DNA of 64,000 nt, from assembly GCA_043228905.1 (NCBI GenBank), contig JBHGNT010000012.1:12338001-12402000 (forward strand), read 5' to 3'. The notes under the pieces were generated by a model. The model searched no databases. It worked only from the letters and a program-made list of their open reading frames with translations, and was not told where the DNA came from. The position numbers and the translations under genes are program-made. The DNA is from Azolla caroliniana. Taxonomy: Eukaryota; Plantae; Polypodiophyta. Below are positions 37,183-48,567 of this stretch, in pieces (the stretch's first letter is position 1; each line of letters begins with the position of its first letter).

Positions 37183-40034
37183 GAAATCAACAAACTATTA
37201 AAAGTCGGATTCATTAGGCCAGTGAAAAAGGCTACTTGGCTTAGTCTAATAGTCATCTTACCCAAGAAAAATGGTAAAATTAGGGTTTGTGTAGACTATA
37301 GGAAACTGAATTCGGCAATGGTAACAGATGCATTTCCGCTACCCTTTACGGATGGTGTTCTCGATACGGTGGCCGGCCACGAAATCTATAGTTTCCTGGA
37401 TAGGAATAGTGGCTATAATCAGATTTGAATGCATTCGCATGACCAAGAGAAGACAATAGTCATGATGTTCGGACTAAAGACGACGCCGACAACGTTCCAG
37501 AGAATTATAATTGAAATAATTTCAAATTACATTCCGGCTTTTATGCAGGTATTTCTTGATGATTTTGTTGTTTATAGTAGTAAGAAAGATCATATCGAGC
37601 ATTTATAACTTTGTTTAGAGAAATGCCGAATGGCCTGACTCAGCTTGAATCTAGCCAAATGTGCATTTGGGATAACTAGTGGCACTTTACTAGGCTACAT
37701 CGTCAGTCGGGATGGCATTGTTGTGGATTCGAACAAAGTAAACGCTATCATTGAAACACCACCTTCAACTAATGCTATATCATTAAGTAGATTTTTGGGA
37801 CAAATTCGATGGCATAGTCAAATGATACACTACTTCGCTGATGTGGCTACACCATTACATACGACAGTCCATCGCGTCCCTTTTCAATGGACGACGATCG
37901 AGTAGGATGATTATGATTCATAAAATAGATGTTGTGGACTAAAGACTTTCATGTTTTTGTCGATGTGTCAGATATAACAATTGGGAGTGCATTAATGCAA
38001 TTATTAGAGCCCAATTGGTATCGACCAATATACTGTGTGAGCCGTAAATTGTCGACTACAAAGAGGAATTATTCAACGACCAAATGAGAAGCTCTTGGTA
38101 TGATTTACAGTGTCAATAAGTTCTGACATTATCTGCTAGGCTGCAAATTTACATTTCATGTTGACCATTCGGCATTGCTATATTTGGTGTCGAAACAATC
38201 TTTAACAAGAAAACTAGCAAGATGGATGCCACTATTGCAAATGTTTGAGTTCGACATAGTGCATCACCCTGGAGTACAACATGCAGTAGTCGACTGGACT
38301 CAGGAAAACGAGGGGAAGGAGTTCGAGATGATTTTCTAGATGCTGAACTGTTTAGGGTAGAAACTATTAATTCGACCGAATTGGATGAGGAATATGCAAA
38401 TTTATGGCTCATAGAAATGATTTACCACTCGAAGGAATGTCGTTACATGAAAGAAAACGGTTGGCGGTTCGGAGTTGGAACTTTTGTCTGCTTGAAGAGA
38501 CATTATATCATAAAGGGGCAGATGGAATTTGGCGACGAGGGGTTCGACAGTTCGTAAAAGAAACTGTCTTCCATGAAGCTCACTATGGAATTGCTAGCAG
38601 ACACTATGCCGGTGTCGTGAAGTTTCGCGTGTGTGTGTCGGATAGGATTAACCGAGAAGGGAAATATTAGGTTAGAGAGGTTAAGATTGGAGAGATTAAG
38701 ATTAGAGATAAGACAAGACAAGATTCATCGAATGATTATATTACGAAAACACCACATGAATTACAACCATGGCCGCGTAGGCCGAATGTAAACCCTCTAG
38801 ATGAAACCCTAACCAAATAGGGGGAAAAGAAGAAGAAGAAGAAGAGGCCAAATATTCCCTTCTTTTAATGGGGATATTTTCCTTGATCTTAGGAGGAGAG
38901 ATTGATAGGGCCTTAACTCCCTCTCCTCAAAACACACTATGCCCACTACCCACTACACCTCTACTTAATGTACTCCCCTTTAGTCTACATGTGCATGTGC
39001 ACATAAGTGCACATCACATTTACACTTTATGGCTTTTTTGTAGTGCACTTTTAACACCCTACATTTTACCCTTCCTTTTTATATTTGGTTTCTTATTCTT
39101 ATTTTACAATTCTATCAAGTGCATGTGCAATGTTGCACACCCCCATTTTATTCATCCCACTCGGTTTTCTCACCATAGCCGAAAATCCTCACGACATCCA
39201 CCCCCACCAAACCGCACATCCACCGATATGTGCCAAGAAAGGTAAAGAGGTGAGATTTTCGGCATTGGTGATGAACCGAGTTCCCTTTTGTCCTTGTCGA
39301 CCTCGTTCGACTTCGTCTTCCACTTAGAGCACGTTCATCCTTTCCACACAAACCACCGTAACCTCCCGATCCGTTGTATCCGCCACATGTCCCCGAACCA
39401 TCAGCTCCATCCGATCCACCATATCCGATGCTCGCACCTTCCTCCCTGGTTGTTTGTAGTAGACCTCCCGAAAGGTGTCGTCGATCCGATTGCTCTTCCT
39501 TTGTTTGCCATGCATGTCCTCCAATTGGACTCTCGATCACTACGATCACATGTCGGATATTGCCCCTCGTGTACCGCGTGTGTCCCTCCTTCGGCTCGAT
39601 CATCTCCTCGTCCCAAGCACCTCGGCATGCTGTCTCCCTCCGTTTCGTGCGTGCCTTTCAAAGGCTCTACCCATGTGTCGATGTCGACCTCCGAATACGC
39701 GCTCGTTCCTAGGTCCTTACGTGACCATGTCACATGGTCCTCATTTCGCCCTTGCTCATGGTGCTCTCTCACGGTAAAGTGCACCTCCATCCCGACATCC
39801 GTGTCGGGATTCACTGCCACGGTCTCCTCTGTGGCTCTCGTTACCGCTTCGTCTTGATGCAAACCCTCTCGGGCTAGTTGGCCCCATCCATCCTTCGGGA
39901 TGCCATGTTTGCTCTTCCCGGTGTGTAGCCCATCGTTCTCCACGCACCTCCTATGTTTCCCTAGGCACAACCATCCCCTCATGCCGATCACACTTGATTC
40001 GTTCCATCGATCTTGGCACTTTGTCGTGCCGTCC

Positions 40035-40295
40035 TATTGAGAATCGATTCGTAAAACCACAAGATCAAACGATATTGAAAAAATACACAACACATGCACA
40101 CAATGACACAATACACAGAGATTTATGTGGAAACCCTAAAACGGGAGAAAACCACGGGAGAGCAAAAACTTCACTATACAGTGGATGTACAAGATAGAGA
40201 TTACAACACTCCTGAGTGTATCACCCACAAAGGGTTTTTAGCGTTTGTTGTTACGCACACAACTATGGCGCCGCTCTCTCCTCTCTCTTCTCTTC

Positions 40296-40332
<37 letters not shown>

Positions 40333-43300
40333 TCTCTTACGCATAGTTCTGTTGTCGTCACATTACTATTATTATTACTAGAATAATAATAATAATCAAT
40401 CTGTGTAAACAATCAACTCTCTGTTGTCGACTCCTCGACTATCGGCTATCGGTTGTTGGCCATCGGTTGTTGGCCATCAGCTGTCGGCTACTTCCGAACA
40501 GTCGGTTCCTTCGACTCTTTGACTATCGGCTACTTCCGAACAGTCGGTTCCTCCCATTGGAGGGACATATCCCCAACAAACTCCCCCTTTACTCCTGTGG
40601 GAGGGAGTCAGTCAGTCCTGTCTTTTGTCGACAGACTCTAAGTCTGTCCATAGGTACGTTCTTTGTGAGCATGTCGGATCCATTGTTATCCATGTGGATC
40701 TTCATAAGTGTAAACTCTCCTTCTTTGACTTTCTCCCGCAACTAGTGATACCTTCTCTGTATGTGCTTGATCTGGGAGTGATATGCAACATTATTGGCAA
40801 TATGTATGGCACTCCGGTTGTCACACTGAAGCAAGAACTCCCTCTACTTCATCTCTAACTCATTGAGAAAATTTCTCATCTAGATTAACTCTTTGCCGGC
40901 CTTTATCGTTGCCATATACTCTGCCTCTTTAGTCGACAAGTCTACAGACTTCATAGGTCATCACGTACCCTGACGTGGATCGGCTTGAGTCTACATCTCC
41001 CGACATGTCCGAGTTGGTAAAACCTTCTAGAACAGGTTTTCCGACACCATACCCTAGGCATGCCCCTGAGGTGCCTTTTAAGTACCGGAGTATCCACTTC
41101 ACCGCTGCCCAGTGTTTTCTTCCTGGATTACTCATATATCACCTTACTGCTCCCACAACAAATGCTATGTCTGGTCTCGTACAGACCATAGCATACATTA
41201 GACTGCCGATGGCTGAGGCATATGGTACCTTCTTCATCTCGGCCTTCTCCTTCTCCTCTTTTGGGCACTGCTTCGCATTCAACCTGCAGTTTGTCGGCAA
41301 CACCGAGCCGACCCGCTTTGCGTCCGACATGTTGAACCTTTCTAGGATCTTCGTCACATACTTTTGTTATGAAAACCATAGCACCTTTTGAGTTCTGTCT
41401 CTAACTATGTGCATTCCTAAGATCTGTTTAGCCGGTCCAAGGTCTTTCATGGCAAACGACCTGCCCAAAGGTTTCTTCAAGCTTTCGATCTTCCTTGTGT
41501 CTTGACCGACTATCAACATGTCATCAGCATATAACAAGAGAATCAAGAAGTTTCCTTCTCGTACCTTTTGACGAACACACAGTGATCAACCTGTGTATTT
41601 TGGAATCGGTGTTCCATCATAAATGACTCGAACTTCTTGTACCATTGGTGTGGAGCTTGTTTCAAACCGTACAAGCTTTTCTTCTTTCTCTTTCCCTTTC
41701 TCCTTCTTCTAGCTCCCTGCACAGGAATGTGGTTTTGACATCCAAATGTTCAATCTCCAGATCCATACTGGCCGCTATGCTCAGAACAATTCGAATGGAT
41801 GTCATTTTTACGACTGGTGCAAATATTTCGTCAAAGTCAACGCCCTTTTTCTGTTGAAAACCCTTCACCACTATGCGGGCTTTATACCTAGGCTTACTGT
41901 AGGCTTCTCCAGTCTTCACCTTGTAGACCTACTTATTCCAAAGTGCTCTCTTACCTTTCGGCAGCTCTACCAGGATTCTATCTCATCTTGCATCGCACTC
42001 ATCCATTTCTCTCTGTGCTCATCGGAAATGGCTTCTTCATAGCACTCTGGTTCACCTTCATCAATCAAGAGGATGTATTGACTGGCATATGTTGTTGGTG
42101 CTTTCCTTTCTCTGAGTGGGTATCTCCTTCCACTCGTTGTTGGCTCTCTTTCGGATGTCTCTACCAACTCTTCTCTCCACTCGGGTTCCTGCACGTCAAT
42201 CGACATCTCCAGGTTGGACGACTCCAACTCATACCCTTCAATTGACTTCAGTAGCTCAGCCGACTCTGACTTATAGTCAGTCGGTCTCTCCGAGTCAGCC
42301 GACTCGGATTCGGCTCTGTCGACTAGCTGTCTCCTAATAGCTGACGATGCTGGTTCACTTGGCCTTAAGTCGATGGTAGTCGGGGTTGACTAGGGAGTCA
42401 GTTCTGACTTCTGTTGCTTCCAGCCTTCAATCGTCTTATCTTCAAGAAAAACTACGTCTTGACTTCTCACTACCTTCTTGTTGACTAGGTCCCATAGCCT
42501 GTAGCCGAACTCATCTTCCGAGTATCCCATGAATATGCATGCTTTCGACTTCCTGTCGAGCTTTGACCTTTGATCCTTCAGTACATGCATATACCCCAAA
42601 CAACCGAACACCCTCAGGTGTTGGTAGGAGACATCCTTCCATGTCCACACTCTCTGTGGGACATCACCCTTTAATGGTACTAAGGGAGACCTGTTGATCA
42701 GATAAATAGCTGTGTACATCGCCTCAACCCAATAGGATTTTGACAGTTTTGCATGAGAGAGCATGCTCCTTACCCTCTCCATGATTGTTTGATTCATGCT
42801 CTCTACAAGCCCGTTCAACTATGGGGTCTTTGGCATTGTGTATTCGATCCGAATACCTTGAAACTTGCAGTATTCCTCAAATTTCCCTCTATACTCGCCA
42901 ACGTTGTTGGTTTGAACAACCTTGAACTTCTGACCCGACTCTTGTTCAGCTCTAGCCTGGAACTCCTTGAAAAACGACAATACTTGATCCTTTAACTTCA
43001 GTACAAAGGCCCATGTCTTCCGACTATAGTCGTCAATAAACATCGCAAAGTATTGTCCACCTCGATGCAATGGAGTATCTACATAGCACACATCTGTGTG
43101 TACCAGTTCTAGTGCAGCCTCTCTTCTTCTTGGTGGTCTTGTGTGGAATGTTGATCTGTTCTGCTTTCTGACTAAGCAGTCGACACACTTCTCTAGGTGC
43201 ACTCCCTTGACTTCTGGTAGAAGCTTTTGGTCGGCTAGCAGGTGCATTCCTTTCTCACTCATGTGGCCTAGCCTCTTATGCCATATCTCTCCTACCGAGT

Positions 43301-44837
43301 CGGCTGCCACATTTACTTCCGATTTGCACAGTCGGGCATGCATCATATATAATGTGCCTTCTTTCTGTGCTCGGGCCACTATAAGATTTCCTCGGTAGAA
43401 CTTCCACTTGCCATTCCGAAAGCTACCACTATAGCCTATGTCATCTAACATTCCAGTCGATATCAGATTCAATCTGATATCGGGGACGTGTCGAACATCC
43501 TTCAGAGTCAGTCGACACCCTGTCGATGTCGTCAAGCAGACACTTCTGACTCCGACTATCTTGCACTCTCCACTATCACCCATTTTCACATAATCGTGAT
43601 CTCCGACTATGTAAGTCGAGAAATACTCTCTCGACGAAGTTATGTGGAACGATGCCCCAGAATCGATCACCCAAATGCATTCTTCACTTGCAAGATTTGC
43701 ACTTATCTGTTCACAGATGAACAACATTTCTTAATTGCTCGTAGCAATGGCAGAAGTGTTCTTCTCATTAGGAATCTACCTGGGTTCGACATTGTTTCCG
43801 ACAATCTTGTCTTTTCTCATATGTCGGCAGTCCTTCTGGAAGTGTCCAGGGGTACCACATTAAAAGCACACTAGCTTACCTCTGAACTTCGATCTGGCTT
43901 GGGACTTTTCTCTCCTTGGTGGACTTCTTTGCCGGTTCCTTCCTCTGTCCAAATGTTGTGTTACATTCGACTCCGACTGGGACAAGACTCCCTTGTCCTT
44001 CCTCCTTGCCTCCTCATTTAGGATGCTTGTCTTTACGGTTTGTAAAGATAAGTTCTCTTCTTGAGAAGAGGTGCTGAGAGTAACCACCAGGTTCTCCCAG
44101 CTATCTTGTAGTGTGCACATCAACAGAATGGCCTGCATCACATCATCCAGGGGAAACTTGGTTGCAGCAAGTTGATTCACATATCCCATGAATGTGTTGA
44201 TGTGTTCGACGATGCTCTCACCGTCTCTGTATTTCAGCCGTATGATCTTTCTCATCAGTGAGGTTTTATTGAGCGCGTTCTCCCTCTCATATAAACCCGA
44301 CAGCTTCTGCCACATCTTGTATGCATTTGTGTCATTTGCCACATGTTGCAAGACACTTACGTCGACGCATTGTTGGATGGTGGCCACCGCCTTTTTGTTA
44401 AGAAGTTTCCAATCTGACTCCAATACCCCCCTAGGTATATCTGCTCTGTCGACTGGCTCATACAGATCTTTGACTATGAGAAGGTCCTCCATCTTTATCT
44501 TCCAGTCTGCATAGTTCTGTGAGTTTAGAACTATCATGCCTGGGAAGGCGCTCACACCTCCTTCCATGCTTGCACCTCAAGTTCTGATGCCAGATTGTTG
44601 AGAATCGATTCGTAAAACCACAAGATCAAACGGTACTGAAAAAATACACAACATAGGCACACAACGACACAGTACACAGAGATTTGCGTGGAAACCCTAA
44701 AATGGGAGAAAACCATGGGAGAACAAAAACTTCACTATACATTGGATGTACAAGATAGAGATTACAACACTCCTTCTGAGTGTATCACCCACAAAGGGTT
44801 CTTAGCGTCAGTTGTTACGCACATAGCTATGGCGTCG

Positions 44838-44885
<48 letters not shown>

Positions 44886-44911
44886 GCATAGTTCTGTTGT
44901 CGTCACATGAC

Positions 44912-44942
<31 letters not shown>

Positions 44943-45115
44943 ATAATCAATCTGTGTAAACAATCGACTCTCTATTGTTTACTCCTCGACTGTCGGCTAT
45001 CAACTATCGGCCATCGGCTGTCGGCTATTTTCGAACTGTCGGTTCCTTCGACTCTTCGACTGTCGGCTACTTCCGAATAGTTGGTTCCTCCCACTGGAGG
45101 GACATATCCCCAACA
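40035..45115 (-). mobile_element. Tork/Tnt1-like Ty1/Copia element, near complete with stops and frameshifts
   Basis: LTRs 40035-40578 and 44596-45115; TSD CGTCC on both sides; PBS tggcatcagaac; PPT. gag 43860-44567, PR/INT 42819-43727 and 42390-42818, RT 41139-41919. Confidence 0.93.
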
Positions 45116-46370
45116 CGTCCTTCATCCCATGCTTGCCTCTCAAAGGCCCGACCCGACCGCTATCGTTGGTCACTTGTTGTGGCTCATCTGGATGTATGCT
45201 TGTTTCTTGGCCCTTGAGCAACCGTAGTGCATGCTTTGTATTCCGCCCTTCACTCGTCGTAGTCCCGACCTGCACATCGGCCTCTCACCCTTTCATTGCC
45301 GTAGTCCCTTCCAACTCCGATTGGCCCTTTTGGCCCCCGTAGCATACCGTGGTGCTCTGATCACCTCCTTCGGCATCCTCCTCCGCTTCGACCTCCGACT
45401 CCTCACCACCACCAGCCGTCTCTTCGGTATTACATTGATCCACAACCGCCGAAGTCTCAAGAATAGGTGCGGAGGGTTCTTCTCGTTCTTGGTCTTTCAC
45501 CAAGTCGTAATTATTGCGCTTGCTTGGCCTCCACCTCGTGGTCACCAGCTCCCACTGCGTATTGTGGTGCGTTCACCTCGATCTCAAATTGGGCCGGCTT
45601 GGCCCTTGTCCAGATCCGTCTTGGCCGATCGGGTTTTGGATCGGTCGGCTTCCTTCCATATTTGTACTCAATTGATAGGGGTTCGACCGAACAATTTCGG
45701 CCGAGTCGGCTCTTTTTCGGGTCGGGCCCGGACGATTGGCCCTCGCTCCATTCTTCTTCCATGCGCACCGGAATTCCGGCTGGATTATCTTCCTTTCGAG
45801 TCGGATTACTGACCGTTGTCGAGCCTTTCGGCTACGGATCGTTTGCGTGAGTCGGGTGGGAACCGCTGGGGTTTTGGACTAGGAAGAGGAGAGTTTTAAG
45901 GCTAATAAGAATATAAATATGTTGTAAGAAAGAGTTATAGCAAACTCGTGAATCCCACGAGTGTATTGTATTAGATTAATCAATATGAATATAAGAATAT
46001 AAACTTCGGTTGAAAGAGAATGATATAGAATTCTCGTGAATCCCACGAGTATAATTTATTAATTGGTGTTTTTTAGAAACATATCTAGTTTCCAAATATT
46101 TTTCACACACAATTACATTGTGCTTCCCATCCTTATGTAGTGATGAGGAAGTCTTAGTAATCCATGCTTTTTCTCTAACTATAGACCCCATGCTTTTCCT
46201 ATAGATAGACTATATGCTTTATCTAAAGTGATCATGCTTTTTCTAACTTGTGCGTTTTTTATCATGCACGCTAGATGTGTATGTGTAGCTTTTTCTTTAT
46301 GCGTTTTTCTAATGTTTATCCTAGCGTGAATTTACCTTTCTATGTGGGACATCTATGCTTTAACACTAAT

Positions 46371-46440
46371 GAAATGCTAGTGTAATGGTAAGACATTACA
46401 TTATTAACATGGAGGTGCAAGGTTCGAATCTTGCCCTATG
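46371..46440 (+). promoter_or_regulatory. tRNA-like internal Pol III A-box/B-box module in LTR U3 (copies near 49243, 50388, 60482)
   Basis: TAGTGTAATGG (46378-46388) and GGTTCGAATC (46421-46430) at tRNA spacing; D, anticodon and T-arm pairing possible; T-runs downstream. Confidence 0.55.
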
Positions 46441-46782
46441 CATGTTCCGTTTATTTTGCTATTTTCTTCTATTTCTTCATTTTTTATTGAATCTAATACT
46501 ATATACGTTTTTCACGTAGTGTACAAAATACACTACGACACTCGCCCCCTCCAAACCCGCACATCCTCCGGTATGTGCCGAAGTTGTTGGTGTTTGTTAG
46601 TCTCCTCCGTCCGGTCTCTACCCGATTGGTTTCGTTGCCGTCTCGTAGTACCCTCGACTTCTCTTGTTATGTTGACTTTGTCTCTCCATTTGGAGCACAT
46701 CCATTCTTTCCACCCGAACCATTGTCGACATCCGATCCACCATAGTCTTCGTTCGCTTTTTGCATGGCCCGCTTGGTCCTTG

Positions 46783-48567
46783 TCATCCGCGGTAGTATCT
46801 TTTCTTCATCAATCTCGACTTCTTTTCGGATTTTCGGTTTAGTCGGATTAGCTTACTTCCGATTCGGTCTCGTCGGATCGTCTTTCGTTTAGTTCGGCTT
46901 CCTTTCCGATTTGTATTCGGTCGATCCGGACTCGGTTGATCGGTTTTTACCGATTCAGTGCTCTTTCGGGTCGGTTTCTTTTCTTTTCTTTTCATCCGGA
47001 TTTGCTTTCTTTTCTTCGTTTTCACCTGCCTTGTCCGGTTCGACTTTCGGCACTTCTTTCCGTTGTTCGCCACGTAGGTCCTCTGATATGTGCTCGTTGT
47101 TTGGTCCTCGTGTGGTTGTAATGCATGCTTCTTTTCTCGCCGTAGCGCGTGCTTCTTTATTCGCCATAACACGCGTTTCTTTATTCGCCGTAGAGCGTGC
47201 TCTGTATTACGCGCTTCTCCCGTCGTAGACCCGACCTCCGCATTGTCGCACTTTCTTTTAGATTGGAATTTCGGATGGATCATTTTCCATCCGAACCGAC
47301 TTCCGACTTTACCTTCCTCGCCGCCATCTCCCGTCTCTCCGGTCTCACGTTGGTTCTCGGACACAACCGCCGAAGTCTCTAGATATTGTTGGCATGAATC
47401 CTCGGTATTACCTTCTTTCGTAGTTTCACCCTTAGCATTCTTCTCGGCTATCTCTTCATCGTATTCGTCGGCTTCGACATTCGTTTTCTCTCCGCCACCT
47501 TCCGTCTCTTCGGTCTCACGTTGCCTTTCGATCGCAACCGCCGGAGTCTCTGGAATCAGTGGTGGGGAAGTCTCGATATGGCAATCCGCCATTGATTCGT
47601 CCATAGCCACCTCCGATTCGATTTCGTCTTTTGTGGCTACCTCCTTAATCACATCCGCTTCACACTCTTTATCTGCATCAATTATGCAAACATCTATTAT
47701 GCTTACCCCTTTTTGACCCGATGTCTCGGGCACTTGTATCCCGAAATTTCCTTCTACACTTGAATTATCGGCCTTATCCTTCGCCATCGTTCTTTCACAA
47801 GACGAGTGGGTGTCTTGTTCCACTCTTTCTCCCGTGGTACCATCATGTTGTATTTCGGCCTTCATATTGGCTTCATCGTTTTTCCTCAATCGACCATCCT
47901 TCATCGGCCATGTCGTTGTTGACGAGATTCTCAGCTTCCTTTCATCATGCCTTCGGCATACCCTTTCGACTTTGGCCCAATCCTCGGTAAGACCGTTCGC
48001 ACCGTCATCATCTTCGAGTTCGATCCCGATGTCCATCCTTTCTTTTCGATCGATTGATTTTACGAACATTAGGACTTTATCCTCTCCCACCAATCGTCGT
48101 TCCCGCTCCGAGAGTCGAGCAAAACGATGCTCGAACTCTAGGAACGCTTGCGTTGCACTTCGGTGAGTCTTCTCCGACGCCACCCATTTGTCGAATTCTC
48201 GTCGATCTCGTCCCGTCCATCTCTCATAGTCATATGCCTCCCGTAAAGCTTCTTCAAAGGACTCCCATGTCGAGTTTTGTTGTTATATCTTGTGGATTCT
48301 CTCTTGTAGTTCGTCCGAGGCCACCCGACTAAAGGATATCACTTGCAATCCTTCCGGTATCCGATATTGCATCATCTCCGCCTTATATTCACGTAGGTAG
48401 CGTGACACACCCTTACCGTTGAATTCCCCGTTTCGTCGCAGAAGCCGCTCTACTGCCGCCTTCATCTCCGACATCGCACGTTGTTCTTGTTGCATCCGCT
48501 CAAACATTATCATCATCATGTTCATCGCCTCTTGTTGATTCTCCATCTCCTTGCCACCCGTCTTCAC
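46783..48567 (-). pseudogene. Gag N-terminal domain fused to an acidic/basic low-complexity repeat region (interrupted by stops)
   Basis: GEFNGKGVSRYLREYKAEM and F..FE..F..LS...KV.MF...D..GLTEDW match the gag at 59369-59980, followed by E/K-rich repeats. Confidence 0.75.

Noticed and set aside
45817-45900. Hammerhead ribozyme (retrozyme-like) in the LTR, suggested by the CGAAA hairpin
   Set aside because: No CUGANGA core at a compatible position on either strand.
46371-46440. Functional tRNA gene (TTA suppressor-like anticodon)
   Set aside because: No acceptor-stem pairing, no U33, and it sits in TE LTRs; treated as a tRNA-derived module.
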